Below are positions 21,236-35,118 of a stretch of 64,000 nt of DNA, one piece after another. The translations under genes were made by a program, and so were the position numbers. The stretch is from the NCBI GenBank assembly GCA_043228905.1, contig JBHGNT010000001.1, positions 27,714,001-27,778,000 of the forward strand, written 5' to 3'. Position 1 is the stretch's first letter. Every line of letters starts with the position of its first letter. This DNA is from Azolla caroliniana. Taxonomy: Eukaryota > Plantae > Polypodiophyta. The notes beneath the pieces were generated by a model, which ran no database searches, was not told the origin of the DNA, and worked only from the letters and a program-made list of their open reading frames with translations.

Positions 21236-24200
21236 TGTACAATAATATCGATACTAATTTAAAAAAGTCATAGAATGTCTCTCTGCATAAAAATTCTTCC
21301 TCCATAGTCATGACTCATAATATACACATCAATTCAAATATAGGTGCAACCATACTTTACTTTTTTACTTAGCTATTTGTTTCTTGACTCCATATAGGAT
21401 TATTTGGATGGTTGTAAAAGTTCCTATTTTGTTGAAGGGTTTGTATGATGAGGTTTAAATGTTATTGGTTTTCGTAGTTTTTGTATGTTACATTTATGCA
21501 AAAGTGTTACATGCTCATTGTGTAGCCATGTTTATGGTATTACTTTACGGTGAATCTCAAGCATAAAACCACCTATGTGAATTTTCTAATTTCATTAAAA
21601 TTGTTAGTGTTTTCACTGTATTTTGGAAAACTTGTGTATCCATGCAAGGATTTTCTATGATGCGATTAATGTTCTATAAGATGTTCTTCTTTGCGGTATT
21701 ATTTGCTTGTTAGCATGTGTGTGAAAATGTTACATGTTCATAGTGCAACCATGTTTATGATCTTTTATTGTGAATCTCAAGCCCACACCAACCCATGTGA
21801 ATTCAACCTTGGTGTAGTTAATGTGAAAAGCCTATACATATGTTCATATTTATATTTTAAATCTAATTGTTTCCATGAACAAACCTGCCCATTAGGGGAG
21901 CATTAAAGTGTGACACTTGTTGTTTACCTTTCTATTCTTTTTGTGGATAAAAGGGTGCACCAAAGTTTATAACAACCCTAGTAAGTCACATGTTGAGCCA
22001 TTGTGTAGAGGCCTGAACTACATTTAAAATAAAGAATAAAATAATGTAAAAAAACTTAATAAACATGTGTCTAGCATTTATTTCATTGTCGTTGTCGAGT
22101 TCTTGTATGACAAGTTAATTTATCGAACTACTTGTACAATTACTATCAATGCATTGCTAACGATAATTATTTGTCACATCTTGTATGGATATCACCAAGA
22201 ATGGTTAGTGAACGTATGGGAAAGAATGTGGGCAATTCCGATATTTTAGAAAGGTCATATTCGTCCGAGCTTGTGACTAGATTTCTGTATAAAATCTGAA
22301 GTATTTGTCAAGTATTATGTCTGAGAATAATTCTTTACCGGGGCTATATGCAAATGCCAAGAGAACATACATAATACAGTAATAACCTTTATAAAGTTTT
22401 ACACCCCAAAAAATCAACTATAAGTTGCACATGTAGTGTAATTAATGTTTCAATAAGTTTTCATCACTTTTTCCCATTTACTAAAGATGTAGGATATAAT
22501 GAAGGTAAAAAAATATTTGTATGTGGGAGGATGCAATCCCAAAACCATCGTGCAATGATGTGTAATATTATTGGGAGACTAACATATACAAATAACGTAG
22601 ATGGATTCCTTGTATAGAAAAGATTGGTAGGATAGATTAATGAGAGGAAAATACAAAAACGTTTCAGTAGTACATCAGGACAACGAAAATAAGAGGCTTC
22701 AATAAACCATGGTGTTGACAAAATGTGATTCACCTTAATAATGTTCAATAACAAATGGAATAATTGGTAGACAATTCTGACAACACCATGAAAACACAAA
22801 CACGGATTTCCATTAAGTATCATGAAGAAGAGGGTGTGAGTCATGAGGCATCAATTTTAATTATCCGTAGGGATTGATAAAATGCTCGAAATATATAATC
22901 AACATTATGATTTTCATATGGAATTGAAAGCAACTTGATTGAAAATATCTCACAAATAGAACTTTAAGAGTGTCAAGGGGTTTTTCCACTATTAACACGA
23001 GAATATTTAGATAGACAAGGTTGGATAGACAATGTGGTGGGAACCTAGCCAAATGGAAAGGTGAGATATGGTCATGGATCAAAGAAAAACACCCGCCCCT
23101 AAATCTACAGTATTTTCTTCGTCATGTTGCTTGTTGTGTGATGTAACTTGACCCATTCCTCAATGCTACGTCTTTTAGAATATAAGAAATGGTTTAGAGG
23201 ATTGTTTCATGGTTAAACAAATTACGACCTTGCATCCCTTTGCAAAACAAAATGTACATTGTTAAAAAGACATTCATTAAAGTCTTTGAAAGATAAATAC
23301 CTAAATTCACATAGCATAACATATGAAATGTATTATTTTTAGTAGTTTATTGATTGAATCACTATTCTTCAAATTGTGATCCCTAGAACTTACATGATGG
23401 GTAGGAGATTCCAATTAGGCTAATCGCTTGATGTAAATAATTGCCAATTAGAACATTTTGGAATGTGATACATGATTGTTGTGGTCTCGACTCTCTACCT
23501 CACTTGCCTCCAAATTTGCAAAATCTTGGATATGATGATGATCTAGAGCAATATCGGATTTGATGGCAACACTTGACCATCATTGTAGTGATACAATGTA
23601 TTAAATCCCCCACTTAAAAGAGATTAGTCAATCACCGGAATAATTGTGACACCTCCCCCCTTGAGCCAATGGCACTAATAAGGCCAACCGTTCTCTTTAG
23701 AATAGACTCATAAAAGCCTTGTCAATGATGTCTTTGTGAGATAGTACATAATACTACCTATGATGCATGCATGTATAGATCCTAACACAATTTTAACAAA
23801 TTCATCTAGATAACTCGATTGATGTCTTGATCCAAAAAGCATAAGTGCACTTGCTCAACATTTAAATCTTGATAGCGATTAATCTAAGACATCAAGAATC
23901 AATAGAAGCATTCAAGTCCTAGAAGTCACGAATGAACTTGAGTAGATAACATCAATGGGGATGTAAAATCCAATGCCATGAGACTTTGAGGTCATATAAG
24001 CTTTGTTAGAGTATTGTTCGGGATGTATATAGGAATGCAAACATGATCATATTTGGGAAGTTTCCAAACTAACCCCGAGTTTTCCCCTATTTCCAAATGC
24101 CCCACAATTTAGTTGTCCCAATCAACCCCCCTAAAAAGAGATTTAAAGAGCATGGACTAATAATTTTATAAGGCCTCTTTTAGTCAGCCTTCCCGAACGT

Positions 24201-24978
24201 CGACAATAAATTGCAAAATCATTGGGGTGTAAAGAGATCTCACGAGATCTTGAACTTGCATGATAGCCTAAGATGAGAAGACACATAACAATTGCAATGA
24301 AATAAACTGTATATGCTGGTATTGGAGTTGTTGACTCCTCAAAAGAACAACATCCACAAGATTGAGCATCAATGTTTATTACATGGATCAATGGGGAGCT
24401 TTTAATTTATTTCGAGAGCTAGGATGGATGGATTGAATTACTCAAGCTTTTAGTTTTTTTCTTGAGGGGGGCTCATTGCTTTTTCGTGACATGGAGTGAC
24501 GGCAGTTCGATTCACCAAACCTCTCGAGTAGTCTTAATGGACAAAAAGTATAGATGGGCATGAGTGTTGTTGGCATAGAATGCGAATGTTGTACAAAAAG
24601 GGAAGTTTTGAATGGTGGTGGTGGTGTTGGTGAGGCACGGTTGCGCACATTTGGAAAAGCGGCCCCATGTTCATGTTTTGTTCCTTGTGTGTGTGGGGGG
24701 GGGGATGGGGGGATGTGACATTAGATGATTGCAAAGAAAATAGAAGAAGGGTTCAAAAAGGTTGGAACATTAATGATGGTTTAGAAAGTGCAAGAGAATG
24801 AGGAGGGAGGGGGGAGCAATAAAAGGGTGGTTCACATCACCATATTATTCATCGGACTGAAGAAAGACTGCACAAGGAGCTCCTGATGCGGACCTTAGGA
24901 TTATTCAATTCATTCAATCACCATTTCAATTCAATTCAACTCAACTCCACTGCATTTCAAATTCAGTATAATCCAATC

Positions 24979-24983
<5 letters not shown>

Positions 24984-25022
<39 letters not shown>

Positions 25023-25152
25023 TCACATGTTTCTCTCTCATTTATCCTTCCTTGTAGGCTCTCTCTCATTTAAAGAAGGAAGGAAAGAAGGAAAAGGCTT
25101 TACCTCCTCCTCATTTATTGCTTCATGGAGACAACCCAATCACAAGGTGGTC

Positions 25153-25201
<49 letters not shown>

Positions 25202-25298
25202 TCTTCTTTTTATTACCTCAGTCAAATTATGGTTCCCATTCATTGTAAACACCTCCTTTCCTTCTCCATCCATCCATCTCTCTCTCTCTCTCTCTCTC
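24984..25298. repeat. Cluster of (CT)n microsatellites in a TE-poor, regulatory-like region
   Basis: Three (CT)n tracts plus GAAG, TCCA and TTCAA repeats. Confidence 0.8.
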
Positions 25299-28200
25299 AC
25301 AGTTTGGTCAACCCCCCAACCTAGTGATGATCATGATCTCATCTTCGGCACACACGCAATCCCAAGTGCCATCAATCGCCTATTCGAATCACTTGTAGCC
25401 TCGTAATGTCGAAACACATACATGCATGCATGCATGCATGCATAATATTCTGTCTTTTGAAGGAGCCTAAATTAAGGAGGTCTAGGACGAGTTTTCTCTC
25501 TATGTTTGGCTTGCAGTTTGGAGATGAGAAAAAAAAGTTAATAGGAAATCTCTACCTACGTGCAACCATTGCTTGCATACCTTTTCCTTCTTCCTTTATG
25601 TGTGTGTATGTGTGTTGGAACCCAAGTCGGTTCATTGGGTTTCTTTTTCCATTGATGTTTAGGACATAAGAACAATTGAAGAAAAAGAAAATGTACTTGT
25701 GTCAATTTCATTCCTTCAACACGAAAACACTCTAGGTGTACTCATTGAATTCGAATGGCAATTGACTCTAACATGAGTCAATAGACTGGTTTCTTCGCCT
25801 CGAGCTTGGTGGTACTCAACTTTTATTTTATGCTACATTTCTTTTTAATTTAAAGGAAGAAGCCAACAATTATGTTACCTATGAGATATTATAGATGTTG
25901 ATCATCTTAATATACATAAAGCTAAAAGCCTTAATGAGATAGAGCTCATTATGTGGACCATGGGATCCTATCACGATCATTGATATATGCAAGTGTTGCC
26001 TCCAGCACCATGCACACCTGTTCCTAATTAACATCCCAATGCCCTATTTTAATAAAAACATCAATACCCCCTTCTATTGACTTATTTCATCACTCATGGA
26101 TAGTGACCGCATAGACAGAATTTCATCATTTGTCCTCCTCGCACGTCTCCTTTGTTACCGTAATCCCATTTTTCTCCCCCATTCTATTATATTCAAAATC
26201 TTTTGGCGTCTTCTTCTCTCAAATTATTGCAAATACAACAAAGAAACCAAGTTGAGACTCGTAATTCTTAAAACTACAGAGAAAAATGTTTATGAAACGA
26301 AGTCTACAAATGTTGGAGAACCCCAACGTCATTGAGGTGAAGAGGAGAATTAGCAAAACACCCAAGCTATTGCTTGCTCGTTCATAAACTTCAACCATGT
26401 TTGCAAAAGTGTTTCCTCTCATAGTTGATGTTTGGCACCCCAATTGACAAACTTGGATTCAACTAATTTTAAACGGAAACGTAATAGTTAGAAAGGCAAG
26501 GACAAGGGAAATAAGCATATTAATCATATTAAGCCGATAAAGTGCAACCAATGTCATTAGTTCCACATTGGATTCAATAAAGTTCTACATTGGAGATAGG
26601 CACAAATGTCAAAGAATTGATGCTATTGTCACGTAAAAGTATGACACATATAAACATATACTGCCAAATTTCATGGAAATTTATGTTGCATTTCCCAAAC
26701 TTGGACATTTCCCCCTCTCTATACATGTATACATGGAGGGAAATCTAACGAGTTGGTCATTGCCCAATAGTGGTTCTTCATAACTCCAATATCACTTGCA
26801 ATCATCAAACAACCTCATTTCATCATAGCAATAAACAATATAATTGGAATTAGATATAAAAGTTCTATAAATGGCATGGATATACTTACCTATTTATATG
26901 TGATAGACACTTATTTGGCTTTCCTCACGAGAAATTGATATTATTAAACATATTATGGTAAGAAATTGGGCAAAGGGTAACGTTCACATTATTTAGCACT
27001 CTGATCGCTTTTGGGACTATAATTATATAGGCAAGCAAGCATGCTTCATGTGCAATAAACATTAGGGAAAGGAAATTCAACTTGGATTTTCTTCGCATTG
27101 ATGATTGTATTATTGTGACAACCATGAACTATTATGAGTTGTGATAGATGGTCGAGCGTTGGTCTACCAAATGCCCCATTCTCCTATTTTTAATGTACTC
27201 CTTTTGTAATTATGTCTTTCATTAGCTCATCTCTCACATTCTAATTTTCACCATTTCTCTCAACTAGGAAAACTTCCACTATTGATGTTCTTCGAATCAT
27301 CAAAATGTAATGCACATTGAATATTCCAACATCTCATTGTAAATATGTCTCTCTTGACAACATAAGATTATAATTTACTTCGATCTTGTGAAGCAATCTT
27401 TTAGTATGTACTAGATCTTATAAATACGAAAGATGCACTTGACGTCAAAATAAATGTGCAGTAGTAATTACATTCAGATCACGCATGAGGCATATAGAGT
27501 TAAATCTCTATTATCTATATATATACATACATGGTACAACTGTTATGTTTAAGATATAAAACTTGGTTCTCATTATTACATGTAGAGTTTAACTTGCTAC
27601 TTCAAGGGACATTTTCAATGCATTAACCTTAACATTAATTTAACATAGAATTGTACTTGTACATTTCGGTAGAGGTGGCGATGTATATATTTATAGATGA
27701 CGTTGAAGGCTCGAAACGATGATTGCTTGCAAAAATAACAAGCTGTCAATGAATTAATACATTTAATGTGTCTCATAGAATCATTTCACCTAACTTTAGA
27801 CTTCGTTGTTGAAGTGGAAAGGTCATTTTTTGTTTTTCTAGTGGATTTTTTTCCCCTCTCATTGTGCACTGAATTAACAAAATGTGACATTTCCTTTATG
27901 GATAAGGTTGTTTACCCCTCATTTCTTCCGAGAAACCATTTTACATTGAAAGTGAAGAATGTATGGATAAAGACGATCATAGAGCTGCAAAGCTCATCCG
28001 TCGAAAGTTCCATACTCTAAAGGTCTCGTAGGAAAGTATTGGATGTATCGGATGTATGGGAGAATGATTAGGATTAAGCTTACCCCCTGTAAGTACAATA
28101 TTTCTAATTATAAATAATATATTGGTGTACATAAGAAATAAAGTTTCTAGTACCTAGACATGCTACGATAAGAAGACTATTATCATCGTGCGAGATATGT

Positions 28201-28603
28201 AATTACAAGTGAAGCTTGTCTTGTAGTTGATCCGTGGTCTCTAATATTGTTTCCTATATTTCAACATACTAGTGACCTTGTGCACATATATATATATATA
28301 TTCTAAAATCATGCATCATAGATAGCATTTTCCCTTACTTCCAACAATCTTCCTCTTTTTAGGTAAGGGTACACCTACAAAATTTTCCTTGTGGGTCACT
28401 AGATTTTCTCTAAAATGATTGTGAGCGTACGATAAGATCAAATCTTTGCATACGCCATGAGGTTCCTCAATTTGCCGCAATATGAAAAGAAGGGAATTGT
28501 GTGCATTCTGTCACCCCAACTTCATACAATAACATATGTTTGACACATGTGTAACACACATACATTCATTCATTCATGCACAAAAAAGATATAAGCCAAA
28601 GAA

Positions 28604-28640
<37 letters not shown>

Positions 28641-30473
28641 ACATTGTGCTTGCCAATTGGATTTGATTATATATTGAAACATTGCCATGGATGTTATTCA
28701 GTTGATCCAACTCATGTTTTGAGAATGCCTCCCATATTTGATGTGTATTGCATTATGACCACCTAGAGATATTGGATAAAATAAAAGTGTATTTTAAAGG
28801 AATTTAGGAGAATTGATCAAATGAAGATTATAGGCTAACATTAAAGGCTCCCTTAATCATGTTTTTTAACTTAAGGAACTTTGTTGGGGGAAAGGGTTTT
28901 ATAAGAAAAATATGTTTGGATGCAAAACTTTTGGGAAAGATCTCCTTAGGTTAGATTAAAAATGATAAGGTAGATTTAATCTCCTTTTATTGGGGGGGGG
29001 GGGGGGGGGGGGTCTTCGTTTGGGATCCATTAGTCTCTAATCATTTTAAATTCTGATAGCCTTTTCATCTATGTCCCTTTAATTATATATATTTCAAGTA
29101 GCTAATTCAAGTGTGATGATCTTTCTGTTATCTCATTGGCCAATTAACCCTTGCAGAAAAGAGTAGCCCACATTGACAGGAATCTCTATTAATCTTATAG
29201 TCTATGAGAGATGACCCTGCACTGCAGCTCCCATCATCTCACGGCTTGATGATGTGCTGAACGAATCTCTCCAAACTTTACAATCACAGTTAATGTTATC
29301 GATTTTATGCATCACGATCAATATTATCAATCCAACACTTTACGATCACAATTAATATTGATCAATCCATTGTTAATGATTAACTCCTATATAACTTAGG
29401 TAGCAAAAAACTAGTAATCAGTTAGTCCAAAGTATGATGTCCATAAGCCCAGATTGTTAACCAATCTAGAATACAATCCGGCACAATGGCTGGCTAATCC
29501 ATTTTATTATCACGAAGATACACAGCTTGACCCAAACCTTAGATATTAATTAAGCTGTTTAAATACGAGATTTTAATTCTCACACTCTTCATACATACTA
29601 ACTAATTCACACACATTTTATACATTTAATGAGCTAGCAGGGACGCCTCAAAAGTGTGTTTAATCAGAAAGATTTGGATGGATGCATGATTAAGCACATT
29701 ATTAATGTTAATTACTTCTCGGGGGTGGGGGGATTGGATATTAGCGAAGATTCGAACAACCTCACAAGCACCAACATTTTTGATTGCATTGTCAGAAACA
29801 AACAACAATGCAGTTACTACTACGAAGTTTTATGATCCAAAACCGCTTGATCAGTAAGGGATGGTTTTATTGGGGTGGGTGGGTTTTGGTGTTAGTAATT
29901 GATTAATCATCATGATGCTATCTATCTATAGTGATTCAGATGAATCTGCAACAGGCGTGAGTTAATAATAATGTATATTTCAGACTACTACTACCAACAA
30001 TGATACAGACATTGTCTCTCATTGCCTAAATAGTTTGGTTGTGATTACCGAATATGGAAGTGCACACTGGATAAGGAAAGGATTGAGCACCATAATTTAA
30101 TTTAGTTTAATTTAATTGAGGGTCTTTAACTTTATCAGAGAACAAAATCATTGGCAACAACAATACTTAAAGAAAAAAGAGGCTTGATTTGATTAATGAA
30201 AGATCACTTTGAAATAATTTACAATAAAATTGTGTGTGATCAATATTCATATAAACGATGATCATTAATCAATCAATAAACTGGAATGGCTCTTATAGAG
30301 AGAGTACCCAATATTATTGATAAGGAGAATCCTAATGATCATAATCATTCTCATCAGAATAATTAGAAGAAGAGGAAGGAAGAGGAAGAGGAAGATGATG
30401 ATGATGATGATTATATATGTATAACGAAGACAGATCATTAAATGTTCACCTCAAATATAAAGATTGATCATAT

Positions 30474-30504
<31 letters not shown>

Positions 30505-30535
30505 TAATTCATAATAATGATGATGTTCAGAGTAA

Positions 30536-33135
30536 TTATAAGGTGAGCTCTAGGTTGGGTGATAGAATTGTTGTCACTTTATTATCATTATAACAATTCT
30601 TCCTAATCATCATTAAGCTTCCATGAGCATCATCATTCCTCTTGATAATCTTCTGTTGATGTTGATGCCGATCATCTTCATGATCTTCTTCCTCTTCTTC
30701 TAATAACGATGATGATGATGACATTGTCGATCTCTTCTTATTAGCCCTCCTATCATCTGATTCATGAATAGCAGTGTACAAATCTGATTCCCTAATATGT
30801 AATACTGTATCTTCCCGATGATGATGATGATGATGATCCGGCCCATTCAATCTACATCGCCCATATAATCAGTTTAACCAGTTATTATATCTCATCAAAT
30901 CAATGTATTATTCAATAATCGCAATCATAATTTGTATCTAAAGCCAATTAATTCATAATTTGATTTGTGTTGTGCACTACCCTACCTTGCAGATAAGTTA
31001 TCATCGTATAGGCCACTGCGAGGATGAGCACGGCGATCATCGATAATGTGGGATGGATCATCACGAGCGATAATCGGTGGGGGTGCAGTGTCGCCTATTA
31101 CTCCCAGCCGATCCACGATATAAGCTCTAGTGTCCCCCATGCTGATCGGGAGATCGCTGCCACTAACATTAGCTCTACAATTATTATGATTAAGGTTATA
31201 TGCCGATGGTGATGGTGATGGTGATGGTGATGGTGATGGTGATGATGATGTTGCCAATGAGAAATTGGTGGCGATCCTCATTGAGCCGGATGATAGAGGC
31301 AATGGCAATACTACAGGAGGAGGTTTAAGATTAGCAGGGGATTCAGCACCAGTAGTATTAGTAGTATTGCCATGGCCTAGACCACTGATTATATTACTGG
31401 TATGACTGAATTTGTTGATGACATTTATACCCCTACCTGGATAATTATTATATTGGGTAGCAGTATTAGTAGAAGAAGTTAATAATTGATCAATGTGGTC
31501 TGCTCTATTACTATTACTATTACAATTATTATTATTAGTAGTAGTAGTAGTAGTAGTGCTGCTATTATTATTGGTATATGATGATGACATTCCTCCTCCA
31601 TTCATCAGACCAAACATGTTATGATAAGGATGGTGATGATGATGATGAAGAAGATGGTGATGAGGATCTGCGAGGCCAAATGGAATGAATTCAATTAATA
31701 ATTAGCTAATCCCATTCATGATGATGATGATGATCATCAGCCTCTCATCATCATGATGATCATCATCATCATATACATAACAATATACATTAATTAGTTA
31801 CAAATGGCGATTAACATATGATTGATTTATCTGCTAAATTAATTTATATTACCATGATGCAGGTGGCCCTTGTGATCTGCTGTCTTCACTGTTCTGTACA
31901 TCTGCTTGACGATTAAAAAAGAAAAGAAAAAAACAGGGGATTCAACAGAAGACGTTATTAAGCTGAAATTTGGCTAACTGCATTACTTTATATTTAGAAT
32001 TAGAAGACGAATATGGAGTAATGACCTGGAGATGGCTCTTCACATGAGCCAGTGTAAGGTCTCTCACATTCATAAGCTCAAGCACAGATTTAGGGGTGGC
32101 TCCTGCTACATCACCATCAACCGATCAACATTAATAATGTATAATTTAGCAATCCAATTCTGTATCGATAAACATAATTAACATCCATTAATTATATAAT
32201 GATGGATTAACTGACTCACTGAGGAATTGGGTGGGGTGGGGTCAATCAATGTAATCATGTACTTACTTCACATCAGAATCGCATATATATATATAACATA
32301 TAATGATGGATTAACTGACTCACTCAGGAATTGGGTGGGGTGGGGTCAATCAATGTAATCATGTACATACTTCACATCAGAATTGCATATATATATATAT
32401 AACACAAAGATTTGGAACAAAATTTGCCCAAATAATTAAAAAATGTCTTCTGATTTATGGATAATACATATATATATATATAATTTGTGGAGAAAAGAAA
32501 GAAAGAGAATGGACATACTCTCATGGCCCCCCAGAGCTTCGACTGCGTTCACGAAATGGGCATGGAGGTGGGTCGTCCATCGCATTCTGGGCGCCCTAAT
32601 GTTGCGCTTCAACGCCATGGCCGGCGCAGGAGATTGCGAGTGAACCTTTGCAGACATTGCAGTGTTTTGGATCCTCATCATCATCATCTTCTCGTTACTG
32701 TTACTGTTACTGTTACTGTTACTGCTAATTTTACAGTTGGTGTTCATGTCCATCATCCGCATCTGGTCTCTGTAGTTGTCGATCGTAATTAGCTGAGGAT
32801 TAGAACCACGGGAGTGATTAGCGGCGGCCATGCTCTGAATGAACAGATCGGAGTGATTAGCGGCGGCCATGCTCTTAATGAACAGATCGGAGTGATTAGG
32901 CGTGGCATTCGTAGTGGTATTGATGGGAGGGAGCGAGGAGTGATTAAGTCGAGACCCGGCTTCGTTAATCTCGCGCCGATCCTGCAGGAATCGCTTCAAT
33001 GCCTGCCCTTCACTACTGCATATATGATCACAATGGCTTCCATTCGTATTACTAGCAGTAGCAGTAGCAGTAGCATTACTAATTGTGTTCACCACATCAC
33101 TGCTGCTACCTGAGCTCTGATCGCTTAGGCTTATG

Positions 33136-33166
<31 letters not shown>

Positions 33167-33704
33167 GATTATTACTATTATTATTATACTGTGATCCGGA
33201 ATTAGAGCTCTTATTGTGGCAAGGATTACTGCTCCTGTAATTTCCGATTAGCTTGGACAAGATCTTGTTAGTGTTAGAATTAGCATCGGATCTGCCCCTC
33301 TTCCACAGCTCAAACTCAATGTCCTCACCATCATTCTCAGATTCCTGCTTGTGCTCCTTGTGGAGAAGATCAATCATCGCCCTGGACGCTTGGTGGTGAT
33401 CTGAAGGCTTGATCATTGGCGGCGGCTCATAGAATGGGGCCTTAATGCAGGTTAACGCAGGTCGCCGATCTTCAGAGGCCTTAATGCAGGTTAATGCAGA
33501 TTCCGCAAATCTGTGATTAATGGAGGGATTGGGCAAGCTAATATTTAGGGACAGGTCAGGATTAATGTGGGCGGAGGCGGCGGAATGCAAGTGCTGATCA
33601 AGATTAGAAGACTTACTGAATGGAGATGGAGATGGAGATGGAGATGGAGATGGAGGAGGAGGAGGAGGAGGATTGATTACTTCCATCTGAGCTAGCAATG
33701 CCAT
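30536..33704 (-). CDS. KAN: KANADI-family GARP (MYB-like SHAQKYF-class) transcription factor. Exons 33704-32519, 32102-32026, 31901-31853, 31667-30986, 30851-30536; 2310 nt, about 769 aa
   Basis: N-terminal PDLSLNISLP; spliced GARP domain [59 protein letters not shown]; C-terminal SPNLELTL*. All four introns are GT-AG with consistent phases (1,0,1,2), and the 77-nt GARP exon is present. Confidence 0.93.
32194..32403. repeat. Tandem duplication of about 104 bp in KAN intron 1
   Basis: ATATAATGATGGATTAACTGACTCACT...CACATCAGAAT(C/T)GCATATATAT occurs twice, nearly identical. Confidence 0.9.
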
Positions 33705-34939
33705 ATGGGGATGAATTAATCAATGGAGCGACGATTCCTTTGAAGCTTGATCCCAAATGGAATGGTTCAATGGAATGAAAGAAACAGATTCAATGCAGGC
33801 AGTGGGGGGGGGGGGTAAGGGAAGGAGGAAGTCAATAATAATGTGTCTGATCTGCCATGGATATGGAATTATTAGTGAATGGTGGTGTGGGGCAGAATGG
33901 ATGGATGGATGGATGGATGGATGGATGGGAGGAAAAAGCAGAGGAATTAGAGATTTCAATGCAATGCAGAGGAAGGAAGGAAGGAAGGATGGATGGATTT
34001 ATGAATTCATTTGCTTCTGCTCCACATATAGCAAGCACATACACACACACTTCTCCCATCTACATACTACTAATAATAATAAATGGCAACAGAGAGAAAG
34101 GTATGTGTGTATACATACATACATATTAGTGATCTAGATATTTAATGGTGTTTGTACCAATTGAATGAATGAATATATATATATATACTCCAATCAAGTG
34201 CAATTCTTCATTAACTGCTAAGAAGGGGGTGGGGGTGGGGGACAATAGAATGAATTGGAATGAATAGAGAGAGAGAGAGAGGGTAGTGGGCATTACATTA
34301 CTACAATTATGTATATTTACTGCTGCTATGACCACACATGCATGCTATGAAATGTTATGTTAACCTTTAACAAACAAAACAAAAAGCATTTGATAATTAA
34401 AAACAAAGTAGAGAGAAAGAAGAGATGTGTATCCACTGTCCATCTATGTATGTATGTATGTGTAAGCCTAACAAACAAACATATACATGTAACATAATAC
34501 ATATGTATATGCTCTTTTTATTATTCTTGAGGCAGAGAGGAGAATGATGGTGGATAATAATGTGTGTGTGTGTGTGTGAGATAGAGAGAGAGAGAGAGAG
34601 AGAAGACTTGTTCATCATCCCCTCCCTCCCTCCCTTCCTTCCTTCAACACATTTACATTAAATGTTATGGATGGGGACTGATCCATGATTGATTTGATTG
34701 ATTGATGATTGGATGACCATGTGTCATGATGATGATGTATACTATGATCCACCAGTCTATAACACACACACACACACATCAACATGCATGAAAAGCTTAA
34801 TTCCTTTATTCTTTACAAGGTCAATCTATCAATGCTATTATTAAGGAGTGAGTACATGGATGTTGATGTGTGTGTACATGTATAAGTTTGGATGGGTATG
34901 TGTGTTGATTTATGGGAGTGAGTACATGCCGATCCATGT

Positions 34940-34981
34940 GTATGTATGTATGTATATACATACATACATACATACATACAT

Positions 34982-35032
<51 letters not shown>

Positions 35033-35118
35033 CACACATGCATCTATGGGTATGCCACTATGCATGGGTACATGTTGTGTATGTGTATGTACGCCCCCCC
35101 CCCCCCCCCCCCCCCCCC
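34940..35118. repeat. Compound (TATG)/(TACA)n/(CA)n microsatellite and poly-C tract upstream of KAN
   Basis: Directly visible; explains the spurious CVCV/YIHT ORFs in the track. Confidence 0.9.

Noticed and set aside
24850-24885. TCGGACTGAAG...GGAGCTCC resembling miR319/miR159
   Set aside because: Only partial, discontinuous similarity, and no complementary arm was found.
20000-28500. Possible LINE or other TE remnants in AT-rich intergenic DNA (also 35200-37800 and 53000-56300)
   Set aside because: Too decayed to assign boundaries or family by eye; needs a repeat-library search.
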